From the human T2T-CHM13v2.0 reference genome, Homo sapiens, in NCBI RefSeq assembly GCF_009914755.1, contig NC_060931.1: a DNA stretch of 64,000 nt. The stretch is one strand, 5' to 3'. A model generated the notes under the pieces. The model did not search any database, was not told where the DNA came from, and saw only the letters and a program-made list of their open reading frames with translations. Below are positions 25,591 to 38,103 of the stretch, one piece after another. A program made the translations under genes and the position numbers. The first letter of the stretch is position 1. Every line of letters begins with the position of its first letter.

Positions 25591-26559
25591 ACGACCTGTT
25601 CCCCCAAAACCCATTGAAATAAAAAATAATAAAATAAAATACAAATAAATTGATGAATAAAAACAACCAAAATAAAATTCATACTGAAGCTTAATTTCCA
25701 GTGTGATTGTAGCAAGAAGTGGGCCTTTAGGAGGTAATTATGCCATGAGGGCAGAGCCCTCATTAATATGATTAGTGCCCTTATAGAAGATCCAAGGGAA
25801 TTTATTTGTCCCTTTTTGCCCTTTTTCCACGTGAGGACACACAGCAAGAAGGCACCATCTTTGGAGCAGAAAGCAAGCCCTCATCAGACACTGAATCTGT
25901 TGGTGCCATGATCTTGGACTTGCCAGACTTAGAATTGTAAGCAATAAATGTCTATTGTTTATGAATTACCTAGTATAAGGTATTTTGTTGCAGCAGCCAG
26001 AATGAATTAAGACAGTATGTAACCTCAATATATTTATTTATAAATTATAGACATACTCCATTATGCTATTATTTTATAGAAATTACAAAATATGAACAAA
26101 TAATTTTGTTAAAGAATAAAATAAAAATTAAACATAAATAAAATGTTTATATTGTCTTTCCAATCTCAGGGGATTGTAATGTATAAATCAATTTGGAGAC
26201 TGCTGCTCTAGGAGGCAATAAGTATAAACATTTAGATTCTACTTCTTCAAATTGGCAAGAAAATAATCATAGAATCTAGAAAGTCTTAGGGGTGTGAGGT
26301 ATTCCCTAGTCTATTGAGGGAAAGTCTATGTCCACTTAGGTTACTACTCAGAAAGCTGGACTAATATTGAGTAATGGCAAGGCTAGACGCTTAACGTAGC
26401 CTCAAGAATTACAACACTAGCATGTGAGAACAACAGTATTATAAAATAAAAACATGAAAAACAGAGTGACAATATAAATTAGTAAGTATTAGTTACATGA
26501 AGACTTTGAGGTTATTTTTGTATATTTGCTTCAAATGGTAACTTTTTTCTAAAAATGTG

Positions 26560-27400
26560 TTTATAGCAACATTTCTGAAAAGCACAATGGCAATAACATA
26601 ACCAAAAGGCTTAAAAATGTTTATATATCGTAAGTAAACTTCTTAGACTTCTAAGAGCCCAGGGAAAGAAACTATGATATCATGAAAATTTTATAAATAA
26701 AGATATCCCAATGATATTCATTATTAGAAACAGGCAAAAATGGTTAAACAAATTATAATACAGCCATGCAATGAAACACTATGCGACTATTAAAAATTAT
26801 ACTTTCAACCGCTGGGCATGGTGGCTCACACTTGTAATTCCAGCACTTTGGGAAACCAAGGCAAGCGGATCACAAGGTCTGGAGATTGAGACCATTCTGG
26901 CTAACACGCTGAAACCCCATCTCTACTAAAAATACAAAAAATTGGCTGGGCAGAGTGGTGGGCACCTGTAATCCCAGCTACTCAGGAGGCTGAGGCAGAG
27001 GAATCACTTGAACTGGGAGGCAGAGGTTGCAGTGCGCCAGAGATCACACCACTGCACTCCAGCCTGGGCAACAAGAGCTAAACTCCGTCTCAAAAAAAAA
27101 AAAAAAAAAAATTTATACTTTCAGAGACTATTTGCTGACATCATAAAATGCCCAACATTAAGTAGGGGATGCAATATAACAAATTAAGTCACATATCTCC
27201 TTACAAACCTTTCTCTCCCCCTCTTTCACACACATGGACATTCCTACGTACATTACGCTGATAAATTCCTAAAAGGAAAAACCACCTGAATTTTAATGCT
27301 ATCTAGGGAATTCTATTAGTGGTGATTTTTATCATATTCTTTAATGTTTTCTGTATTTTCTAAATTTCCTAGCACAAATACATGTAACATTCATATAATT
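26560..27400 (+). mobile_element. Ancient L1M (L1ME-like) 3' region, interrupted by an Alu
   Basis: aattataatacagccatgcaatgaaacactatgcgactattaaaaa and ggtgatttttat...ttttctgtattttctaaattt. Confidence 0.55.
26810..27110 (+). mobile_element. AluSc-like
   Basis: ggatcacaaggtctggagattgagaccattctggctaacac; A tail; TSD ttatactttca both sides. Confidence 0.93.
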
Positions 27401-29108
27401 AGAACTCAATGCTACTGAAAAGCTTACTGAAAGTCATCTTGAAAGAAAATATATTAATGTAGGTTCTCAAAATTAAAAAATATGTTAAATAGTTTTATAG
27501 GTCTAGTGTTGGGCAGTGGAGAGCTATGTGGTCTCTAGGTCTGAGAAAAGGTAGTTTGAAGGAAATTCAGATAGTCAATTTGACTTCATGTGGCAGAATA
27601 TGTCTAAATTATATTTTAGATAGTAATTATTCACATTATAGTAATAATGCATTATCAAATCTTTCATTTGAATCTGAATTTGCAGAATTAACATTGACAT
27701 TACTTAGATAAAACTCTCAAGTATTAAATGAAAGTTAATAAAAATAAGATGTGCTATTATTTAAAATGTTTTTTTAAAAAAAATAATTTCCAGTTGCTGG
27801 CAAGATGGCCAAATAGCAACAGCTCTGGTCTTAGCAACAGCTCTAGTCTGTAGTTCCCAGCGAGATCGACACAGAAGGCAGGTGATTTCTGCATTTCCAA
27901 CTGAGGTACCCCGTTCATCTCAATGGGACTGGTTGGTCAGTGGGTGCAGCCCAAGGAGGGCGAGCTGAAGCAGGGTGGGGCATCACCTCACCCGGGAAGT
28001 GCAAGGAGTCGGGGAACTCCCTCTCCCAGCCAAGGGAAGCCATTAGGGACTGTACTGTGCACTCTGGCCCAGATACTGTGCTTTCCCCACGGTGATTCCT
28101 TCTGGTGCCTACACCACCAGAGCCCTGGGTTTCCAGCCCAAAACTGGGCGGCCATTTGGGCAGACACTGAGCTAGCTGGAGGAGTTTTTTTTTTTCATGT
28201 CACAGTGGCGCCTGGAACACCAGTGAAACAGAACCGTTCACTCCCCCTGCAAAGGGGGCTGAAGCCAGGGAGCCAAGTAGTCTGGTTCGTCGGAGCCCAG
28301 ATGGAGCTCAGCAAGCTAAGATCCACTTGTTGAAATTCTTGCTGCCAGCACAGCAGCAGTCTGAGTTCGACCTGGGACACCTGAGCTTGGTGGGTGGTGG
28401 GGACTCCACCATTGCTGAGGCTTAAGTAGGTGGTTTCACCCTCACAGTGTAAACAAAGCCACCAGGACGTTCGAACTGGGTGGAGCCCACCCCAGCTCAG
28501 AAAGGCTGCTGCAGCCAGACTGTCTCCTCTCTGAGCAGGGAATCTCTGAAAAAAAGGCAGCAGCCCCAGTCAGGGACTTATAGATATAACCCCCACCTCC
28601 CTGGGACAGAGCACCTGGGGAAAGTGGTGGTTGTAGGCGCAGCTTCAGCAGACTTAAACGTCCCTACCTGGCAGCTCTGAAGAGAGCAGTGGGTCTACCA
28701 GCACAGCGTTTGAGCTCTGATAAGGGACAGACTGCCTCCTCAAGTAGGTCCCTGACCCCTGTGTATCCTGACTAGGAGACACCTCCCAGTAGGAGCCAAC
28801 AGACACCTCATACAGGAGAGCTCTGGCTGGCATCTGGTGGGTGCCCCTCCGGGTTGAAGCTTCCAGAGGATAGAATAGGCAGCAATCTTTGCTGCTCTGC
28901 AGCCTCCGCTGGTGCTACCCAGGCAAACAGGGTCTGGAGTGGACCTCCAGCAAACTCCAGCAGACCTGCAGCAGAGAGGCCTGACTGTTAGAAGGAAAAC
29001 TAACAAACAGATAGGAATAGTATCAACATCAACAAAAAGGATGTCCACTCAGAGACCCCATCTGAAGGTCATCGACTTCAAAGACCAAAGGTAGATAAAT
29101 CCATGAAG

Positions 29109-30133
29109 GTGGGGAGAAACCAGTGCAAAAAGGCTGAAAATTCCAAAAACCAGAATGCTTCTTCTCCTCCAAAGGATCACAACTCCTCGCCAGCAAGGGA
29201 ACAAAACTGGATAGAGAATGAGTTTGACAAATTGACAGACGTTAAGCTCCAGAAGATGGGTAATAACAAACTCCTCTGAGCTAAAGGAGCATGTCTTAAC
29301 CCAATGTAAGGAAGTTAAAAACCTTGAAAAAAGGTTAAACGAATTGCTAACTAGAATAACCAGTTGAGTGAAGAATACAAATGACCTGATGGGCTGAAAA
29401 ACATAGTACGAGAATTTCGTGAAGCATACACAAGTATCAATAGCTGAATTGATCAAGAGGAAGAAAGGATATCAGAGACAGAAGATCAACTCAATGAAAT
29501 AAAGCAAGCAAACAAGATTAGAGAAACAAGATTGAAAAGAAATGAACAAAGCCTCCAAGAAGTATGGGACTATGTGAAAAGACCAAATCTACGTTTGATT
29601 GGTGTACCTGAAAGTGACGGGGAGAATGGAACCAAGTTGGAAAACACTCCCAGGATACTATCCAGGAGAACTTCCCCAACCTAGCAAGGCAGGCCAACAT
29701 TCAAATTCAGGAAATGCAGAGAATACCACAAAGATACTCCTCGAGAAGAGCAACCTCAAGACACATAATTGTGAGATTCACCAAGGTTGAAATGAAGGAA
29801 AAAATGTTAAGGGCAGCCAGAGAGAAACGTCAGGTTACCCACAAAGGGAAGCCCATCAGACTAACAGTGGATCTCTCTGCAGAAACCCTACAAGCCAGAA
29901 GAGAGTGGGGGCCAATATTCAACATTCTTAAAGAAAAGAATTTTCAAACCAGAATTTCATATCCAGCCAAACTAAGCTTCATAAGTGAAGGAGAAATAAA
30001 ATCCTTTACAGACAAGTAAATGCTGAGAGATTTTGTCACCACCAGGCCTGCCCTACAGGAACTCCTCAAGGAAGCACTAAACATGGAAAGGAACAACCAG
30101 CACCAGCCACTGCAAAAACATATCAAATTGTAA
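29109..30133 (+). pseudogene. Disrupted L1 ORF1p
   Basis: RYSSRRATSRHIIVRFTKVEMKEKMLRAAREK...RISYPAKLSFISEGEIKSFTDK; start codon mutated to GTG, frameshifts and stops. Confidence 0.95.
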
Positions 30134-30196
30134 AGACCATCGACACTATGAAGAAACTGCATAAACTAATGGGCAAAATAACCAGCTAGCATCATA

Positions 30197-33100
30197 ATGG
30201 CAGGATCAAATTCACACATAACAATATTAACCTTAAATGTAAATGGGCTAAATGCTCCAATTAAAAGACACAGACTGGCAAATTGGATGAAGAGTCAAGA
30301 CCCAATGGTGTGCTGTATTCAGGAGACCCATCTCACATGCAAAGACACACATAGGCTCAAAATAAAGGGATGGAGGAATATTTACCAAGCAAATGGAAAG
30401 AAAGAAAAAAAAAGCAGGGGTTGCAATCCTAGTCTCTGATAAAACAGACTTTAAACCAACAAAGATCAAAACAGACAAAGAAGGACATTACATAATGGGA
30501 AAGGGATCAATGCAACAAGAAGAGCTAAGTATCCTAAATATATATGCACCCAATACAGGAGCACCCAGATTCATGAAGCAAGTTCTTAGAGACCTATCTA
30601 GAGACTTAGACTCCCACATAATAATAGTGGGAGACTTTAATACCCCACTGTCAACATTAGACAGATCCATGAGACAGAAAATTAACAAGGATATTCAGGA
30701 CTTGAACTCAGCTCTGGACCAAGCAAACCTAGTAGACATCTACAGAACTCTGCACCTCAAATCAACAGAATATACATTCTTCTCAGCACCACATTGTACT
30801 TATTCTAAAATTTACCGCATAATTGGAAGTAAAACATGCCACAGCAAATGCAAAATAATGCACATCATAATAGTCTCTCAGACCACAGTGCAATCAAATT
30901 AGAACTCAGGATTAAGAAACTCACTCAAAACTGCACAACTATATAGAAACTGAACAACCTGCTCCTGAATGACTACTGGGTACATAACAAAATGAAGGCA
31001 GAAATAAACATGTTCTTTGAAACCAGTAAGAACAAAGACACAATGTACCAGAATCTCTGGGACACATGTAAAGCAGTGTGTAGAGGGAAATTTATAGCAC
31101 TAAATGCCTACAAGAGAAAGCAGGAAAGATCTAAAATCGACATCCTGACATCACAATTGAAAGAACTAGAGAAGCAAGAGCAAACAAATTCAAAAGCTAG
31201 CAGAAGACAAAAAATAACTAAGATCAGTGCAGAACTGAAGGAGACAGAGACACAAAAAACCCTTCAAAAAAATCAGTGAATCCAGGAGGTAGTTTTTTGA
31301 AAAGATCAACAAAATTGATAGACCACTAGCAAGACTAATAAAGAAACAAGAGAGAAGAATCAAATAGATGCAATAAAAAATGATAAAGGGGATACCACCA
31401 ATTCCCACAGAAATATAAACTACCATCAGAGAATACTATAAACACCTCTACACAAATAAATAGAAAATCTAGAAGAAATAGGTAAATTCCTGGACACATA
31501 CACCCTCCTAAGACTAAACCAGGAAGAAGTGGAATCCCTGAATACACCAATAACAAGTTCTGAAACTGAGGCAACAATTAATAGCCTACCAACCAAAAAA
31601 AGTCCGAGAACTGATGGATTCATAGCCGAATTCTACCAGAGGTACAAAGAGGAGCTGGTACCATTCCTCCCGAAACTATTCCAAACAACAGAAAAAGAGG
31701 GAATCCTTCCTAACTCATTTATGAGGCAAGCACCATCCTGATACCAAAACCTGGCAGAGACACAACAAAAAAGGAAATTTCAGGCCAATATTCCTGATGA
31801 ACATCGATGTCAAAATCCTCAATAAAATATTAGCAAATCAAATCCAGCAGCACATCAAAAGGCTTATCCACCACGATCAAGGTGGCTTCATCCCTGGGAT
31901 GCAAGGCTGGTTCAACATATGCAAATCAATAAACGTAATCCATGACATAAACAGAACCAATGACAAAAACCACATGATTATATCAATAGATGCAGAAAAA
32001 GCCTTCGAAAAAATTCAACAGCCCTTCATGCTAAAAACTCTCGATAAACTAGGCATTGATGGAACGTATTTCAAAATAATAAACACGATTTATGACAAAC
32101 TGACAGCCAATATCATACTGAATGGGCAAAAACTGGAAGCATTCCCTTTGAAAACCAGCACAAGACCAGGATGCCCTCTCTCACCACACCATTCAACACA
32201 GTATTGGAAGTTCTGGCCAGGGCAATCAGGCAAGAGAAAGAAATAAAGGGTATTCAATTAGGAAAAGAGGAAGTCAAATTGTCTCTGTTTGAAGATGACA
32301 TGATTGTATATTCAGAAAACCTCATCATCTCAGCCCAAAATCTCCTTAAGCTGATAAGCAACTTCAGCAAAGTCTCAGGATACAAAATCAATGTGCAAAA
32401 ATCCAAAGCATTCCTGTACACCAATAACAGACAAACAGAGAGCCAAATCACAAGTAACTCCCATTCACAATTGTTACAAAGAGAATAAAATACCTAGGAA
32501 CCCAACTTATAATGGATGTGAAGGACCTCTTCAAGGAGAACTATAAACCACTGCTCAAAGAAATAAGAGAGGACACAAACAAATGGAAGAACATTCCATG
32601 CTCATGGATAGGAAGAATCAATATCATCAAAATGGCCATACTGCCCTAAGTAATTTATAGATTTAATGCTATCCTGATCAAGCTACCATTGACTTTCTTC
32701 ACAGAACTAGAAAAAAACTACTTTAAATTTCATATGGAACCAAAAAACAGCCTGCATAGCCAAGACAATGCTAAGCAGAAAGAAAAAACCTGGAGGCATC
32801 ACGCTACCTGACTTCAAACTACATTACAAGGCTACAGTAACAAAAACAGCATGGTACTGGTATCAAAACAGATATATAGACCAACGGAACAGAAGAGAGG
32901 CCTCAGAAATAATGCCACACATACACAATCATCTGATCTTTGACAAACCTGACAAAAACAAGCAATGAGGAAAGGATTCCCTATTTAATAAATGGTGTTG
33001 GGAAAACTGGCTAGCCATATGTAGAAAACTGAAACTAGATCCCTTCCTTACACCTTATACAAAAATTAACTCAAGATGGATTAAAGACTTAAACCTAAGA

Positions 33101-34014
33101 CCTAAAACCATAAAAACCCTAGAAGAAAACCTAGCCAATACCATTCAGGACATTGGCATGGGCAAAGACTTCATGACTGAAACACCGAAAGCAATGACAT
33201 CAAATGGCAAAACGGACAAATGGGATCTGATTAAACTAAAGAGCTTTTGCACAGCAATAGAAACTATCATCAGCGTGAACAGCCAACCTACAGAATGGGA
33301 GAAAATTTTTGCAATCTATCCATCTGACAAAGGGCTAATATCCAGAATCTACAAAGAACTTAAACAGATTTACAAGAAAAAAACAACCCCATCAAAAAGT
33401 GGGCAAAGGATATGAACAGACACTTCTCAAAAGAAGACATTTATGCAACCAACAAACATATGAAACAGAGCTCATCATCACTGGTCATTAGAGAAATGCA
33501 AATCAAAACCACAATGAGATACCATCTCATGCCAGTTAGAATGGCAATCATTAAACAGTCAGGAACAACAGATGCTGGAGAGGATGTGGAGAAATAGGAA
33601 CGTTTTTACACTGTTGGTGGGAGTGTAAATTAGTTCAACCATTGTGGAAGACAGTGTGGCGATTCCTCAAGGATCTAGAACTAGAAATACCATTTGACCC
33701 AGCAATCTCATTACTGGGTATATACCCAAAGGACTATAAATCATTATACTATAAAGACACATGCAAACGTTATGTTTATTGTGGCACTGTTCACAATAGC
33801 AAAGACTTGGAACCAACCCAAATGCCCATCAATGATAGGCTGGATAAAGAAAATGTGGCACATATACACCATGGAATACTATGCATCCATAAAAAAGGAT
33901 GAGTTCCTGTCCTTTGCAGGGACATGGATGATGCTGGAAACCAACATTCTCAGCAAACTAACACAAGAACAGAAAACCCAAACTTGCATGTTCTCACTCA
34001 TAAGTGGGAGTTGA
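30197..34014 (+). pseudogene. Disrupted L1 ORF2p (endonuclease / reverse transcriptase)
   Basis: MAGSNSHITILTLNVNGLN (EN), [15 protein letters not shown] and [11 protein letters not shown] (RT; FADD motif reads FEDD), C-terminal KKMWHIYTMEYY; split over many frames. Confidence 0.96.
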
Positions 34015-35091
34015 ACAATGAGAACACATGTACACAGGGATGGGAACATCACACACTAGGGCCTGTCAGGGGTTGGGGGCCCAGGGGAGGGATAGCATTA
34101 GGAAAAATATCTAACGTAGATGATGGGTTGAATGGGTGCAGCAAACCACCCTGGCACATGTATACCTATGTAACAAACCTGCACATTCTGCACATGTACT
34201 TCAGAACTTAAAGTATAATAATAATAATAAAAACAATTGCCATTATGTTAAACTTCAGATTAGAGCAAACCTTTTGCAGCTAACATTTAGCTCCCAGAAA
34301 GTAATGCTTTTACTTAGACAAGCTGCCAGGACTAAACTCTAACAGCATAAATATGTCACTAAAATAAAAACTTTTCAATAGACAAACACTGTAAGGATTA
34401 CCTGGTTTAAGTTTCCAAGTGTAAATTCAATTTGAAATGATATAGTTAAAAATCTCTGTGGTCTTAAGGAATTTTTTTAAACTTCTACAAAGAGAATGAA
34501 CAGTTACAGCTTCTACTCACTGATCTGGGTCTTCAGAAACACATCAATACACATAGTACATAAGAACCAGCTGTAAGAGTTTTTTTTGTCAATACAAAGC
34601 AAGGTCACTGCATTATAGAAAGACTCAGCACTCTGTTTATTTCACTTCCATAAAGGGATTGTTCAAGGGCAGATTCTAAAAGAATAATTCTGAGAAGCAT
34701 TGAAACCCCTGGAAAAACAGACAGCTTTAGTAAAACCCTGAATATCTATTGGGATATTCTTGGATTGCATTGTAAATAGAAGCAAAGAGTATATTTAAAT
34801 AAAATTGTTTGCATTTATCTTTATATATTTTAAACTAAATGCCTTTACTCCTTATTTCAAAGCAATGGAAAGGAACATAAATACCAAGAAAATAATAAAT
34901 TAATAGCAATTATGGTGACTCACTCTGGAAAATCAAGATAAATAAGAAAAACTTACAACAATTAAATGCTGACAAAATTGTAATTGTAATGAGGGCCTGC
35001 CCCATGCTAGACACTGTAGGTTGCTGAGATTACTGTTAATGCTTCCCAAATACTGTATTTTCTGTACACAGGCCACATTAATGATAGGGAA

Positions 35092-35270
35092 CAAGGCCGG
35101 ACGAGGGTGAAACTAGTGAGGTGTTTAATTTGGGCACCAAATTTAAGGAGGCACATGCACACAAAAATCCCCTTAGTAATCCAAACAAACAATATTTTAA
35201 TGAAATATTTTTAAAATCAAAAAGCAGAAAATCCATGATGAACAAAATATTGAAATTTTAATAAATGTCT
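35092..35270 (+). mobile_element. hAT DNA transposon fragment (MER96B-like)
   Basis: caaggccggacgagggtgaaactagtgagg...aaatttaaggaggca...aaaatccatgatgaacaaaatatt. Confidence 0.65.
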
Positions 35271-36227
35271 GTCAGAAATCATATACCAAATACTACTTGG
35301 TTCAAGTGGAAATGATAAAAGCAATTTCACATCTAAAAATGTTTTCAGAGTGAAAAGAAGATAAACCTTTTCAGTAGAATGTCTTGTTTCTTTTAATACT
35401 TTCAGATTTTCCTTAACGAATACTCTCTTGAGAACATAATGGGAAAACAACATCCAGAATCTTTCCACTTCGTCCCTCACTAAGAGACTTAAAAAAAAAA
35501 AAAATCATGTGTAAGACACAGGGATCTTTAGGAGACAGTCATTATGGAAAGACAGTGCATTAGTATTTACAAAGCAAATCTCATTATATATGATAGACGG
35601 TTAGAACCAGAAAAAAAATTTTAAAAAGAAAAATATCATGACAATACTCCTTTAGAAACATACTTAATATTTGGCTAACCTCCTGTTTTCCTGTTTTTTC
35701 CATTGTCTAGATGTTTCAACTGATTTTTCTAAGCCTTTTACAAACAATCTTTTAGAAAGCCAACATTCAAGCAACTCTAAGAGGCCTTGAGGAAATAAGA
35801 TGAAACATTCATAAAAAACAAAAACAAGAGCACTAAAGAGAAAAAAAGAATAACCTTGATAACCAGCCAATGTTCTAGGAAATTTTCTTTGGAACACTGA
35901 AACAAGATCTAGCTGTAACATAATAAATTGTAATAAGGTAAAGAAGGTAGCTGCCTCACAGCTGTAACACGGCAAGTTAGTAACCAGGAAATTCTAATAT
36001 TTAATGACTAAAGATAGGTTTGTTTAAGCCTAGATTGCATTTTGTGAATGAAAATAAATACTTCTAAATTAATGGCTTTCTGATCATGTGTAACATTAAA
36101 ATATTTTATATCCATTCATATTAAATGTCATAAGATTTAAAAAAACCTAATAATATTTTTAAACAAAATGAAAGAATACATGGATTATGACCTTATATAA
36201 TCACATGCATCCCAAAACCTTTAACTT

Positions 36228-36422
36228 CCGAGTGGTTCTAGAATTTAGAACCCACAAAATTCTCATCCCAATTGGCGGGAAAGATTATTGAAATTGCTGA
36301 TCCTAAGTCCCACACTAAGATTTTCTAAATCATTATCTCTAGGATTAGCACCTCATAAATGGCACTTTTAGGAAAAAACCCCTGTGATACTTACATGTTT
36401 GTCCAAGTTTGAGAACCACTGC
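36228..36422. mobile_element. MER5-like hAT-Charlie MITE
   Basis: Inverted termini agtggttct ... aagtttgagaaccactg. Confidence 0.65.
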
Positions 36423-38057
36423 TTAATATAGAATTTTAACCCAGGCTTTTAGAAATAGGCATGAAGAAAATAGCTCCTGGGATGGATTTTGAGGTTTAGT
36501 GCTATAGAAACGGTCAGCTACAAAGCATTATATAGGATATATAATCTCTTCTGGTTCAGTCTTATTACTGATGGTAATTACAATAGATTTCTTGGGATGC
36601 ATAATTGGCCATTACTGTAGAAAAAAATTTAAAAGTATGTTTTGATGCCTTTATTGTCTTGATCTTAAACTGTCTAACCAATGATCATAGAATTTTTGGT
36701 TTTGTCTTTTAAAAATATTTCTGTGTCCTAGATTATGAGACACTATAATTACCAACTTTTCTATTTATATATACACATTTATATATCTAATGATTTTACT
36801 TGCTGTGTTTAAAAATCCTGGTTATGATTATATTAAACAATACAAAGTCACTGGGACACTCACTCTATTGTTTTCAAGTCTAGTATTCCAGGGTCTTTGG
36901 ATTCTCTGGCCCTCCATTACTACGGCAGCAGGGTTGTTCTGACATCATGAAGATCCTCTGATACACATCTCCTACTGCTTCAGGGACAAACTGGTAGAGG
37001 CAGGCAGGCCCACTTTCAGCCAATCAAAGAAGAAACCCCCAAACTCTGAAGGGATGTGGGGAAGAGAAGAGAAAACAGCTTGCCTAAAAGAAGAGGTTGG
37101 GTTGACAATGTATCTTGATGGTCAGCGGGAAATAGAAGGAAACCTGAATTTGTAGTAAGACAAACATCACAGATTATTGAATATTACAGCTGGAACAGAT
37201 TTGAGGGAACAAATAAATAAGGCCTTTCATTTTACCAATGAAGAAGTAAATACAAGAAGAGGTTAAGTAGATTGCTAAGTCCTTTAAAGGAAAGAATCTC
37301 ATAGGTCACCACACTAACACTTGTTTATCATGGTTTCCATGAAGTTGCTTTAACTTATAATGGAGTATGGAGTATAAGCTTTTCCTTTGTAGCAGTTATG
37401 CTTTATAGGAAATGCTTGGTTGATGCTGGGGGAGCAGAAGGTAAGGAGAATGAAAGAAATCACTGCAAATATTTCCAAACTCCATTGCTTTTTTGTAAAT
37501 CAACAATTAGTTTTAAAATCACCTGGAATCCTTCTACCTCAAATAATCTAGTTAGTCCAATGTGCTTTCAAACTACCTACTTAAATAGAAGACTCTACTC
37601 AACATGATCTTAGATATTAGAAAAGGGAATAGAGGTAAGTATGGATGACCCACGGTGGCTTCCTTTGATCAGAATACTTCTTTTCATTTGCTAATTCATA
37701 GCCAAGAAGTGGAGACCAGGTTTACTTTCATTACGGATTCCTGCAAATGGGCATAATGCCTTCTGACATTTAACTTGTATGACCAAAATCCCATATAGTG
37801 TTATATAGGATTTGTGTATAAAGAAGCTCACATTTCAATGAAATGCTGAATTCTAAACTATTACAGCAATATCATGATACCTCGATTTTCTAACAACCAC
37901 ATGCAGGAATTGCAAATGTATTCATTACTTGTGGCCCTGAAGTGGACACTCATATTGGTAGATACCAAGAACACAAGATAGTACATCATGTCTGATTTTT
38001 CAAAAGAAAAGCAGCCAAAGAGAAATGGCCAAAAAGGTAAGAGGCTTTCATTTGAAA

Positions 38058-38103
38058 GTGTGTGTGTGAGTGTGGGGTGTGTGTGTGTGTGTGTGTGTGT
38101 GTG
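38058..38103 (+). repeat. Interrupted (GT)n microsatellite
   Basis: gtgtgtgtgtgagtgtggggtgtgtgtgtgtgtgtgtgtgtgtg. Confidence 0.95.

Larger units (their letters stand above)
21352..25673 (+). mobile_element. L1PB-like LINE-1 with intact 5' end but large internal ORF2 deletion
   Basis: 5' end aagatggcagataggaggcaggactagcttgcagc, ORF1/ORF2 remnants in the ORF track, 3' end cctgttcccccaaaacccattgaaataaaa; TSD aaaattcata(t/c)tga at 21338-21351 and 25674-25687 inside the MaLR 3' LTR. Confidence 0.93.
17941..26014 (+). mobile_element. MaLR provirus (MST/MLT1A-type): 5' LTR 17941-18351, internal region 18352-21308, 3' LTR 21309-21351 + 25688-26014; hosts nested ERV1 LTR, AluJ and L1
   Basis: Both LTRs begin tgct(g/a)(t/c)ggtttg(t/a)atgtttgtg and end ...gtattttgtt..ag.ag....aa(t)...t.agaca; internal starts aaaacttgcaccagaaatgggg...aaaatgtggaagcagctttggaactgggtaa and ends with PPT-like ttttgggggatcaggggcggaa. 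Confidence 0.9.
27793..34228 (+). mobile_element. Full-length (~6.4 kb) L1PA7/8-like LINE-1, inactivated
   Basis: 5'UTR gctggcaagatggcc (YY1 site)...gatttctgcatttccaactgaggtacc, ORF1, ORF2, 3'UTR with G-rich tract and (AAT)n tail; degenerate TSD aaaaataatttcca (27779-27792) / aaaaacaattgcca (34229-34242). Confidence 0.97.

Noticed and set aside
22503-34342. Many ORFs on both strands across the two L1s as possible active retrotransposon or novel RT system
   Set aside because: All are fragments or antisense frames of L1 ORF1/ORF2 broken by stops and frameshifts; the RT catalytic motif is altered in one element and deleted in the other.
35664-35975. 103-aa minus-strand ORF with an internal acceptor-like site
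   Set aside because: No recognisable domain, weak donor, composition typical of AT-rich chance ORFs.
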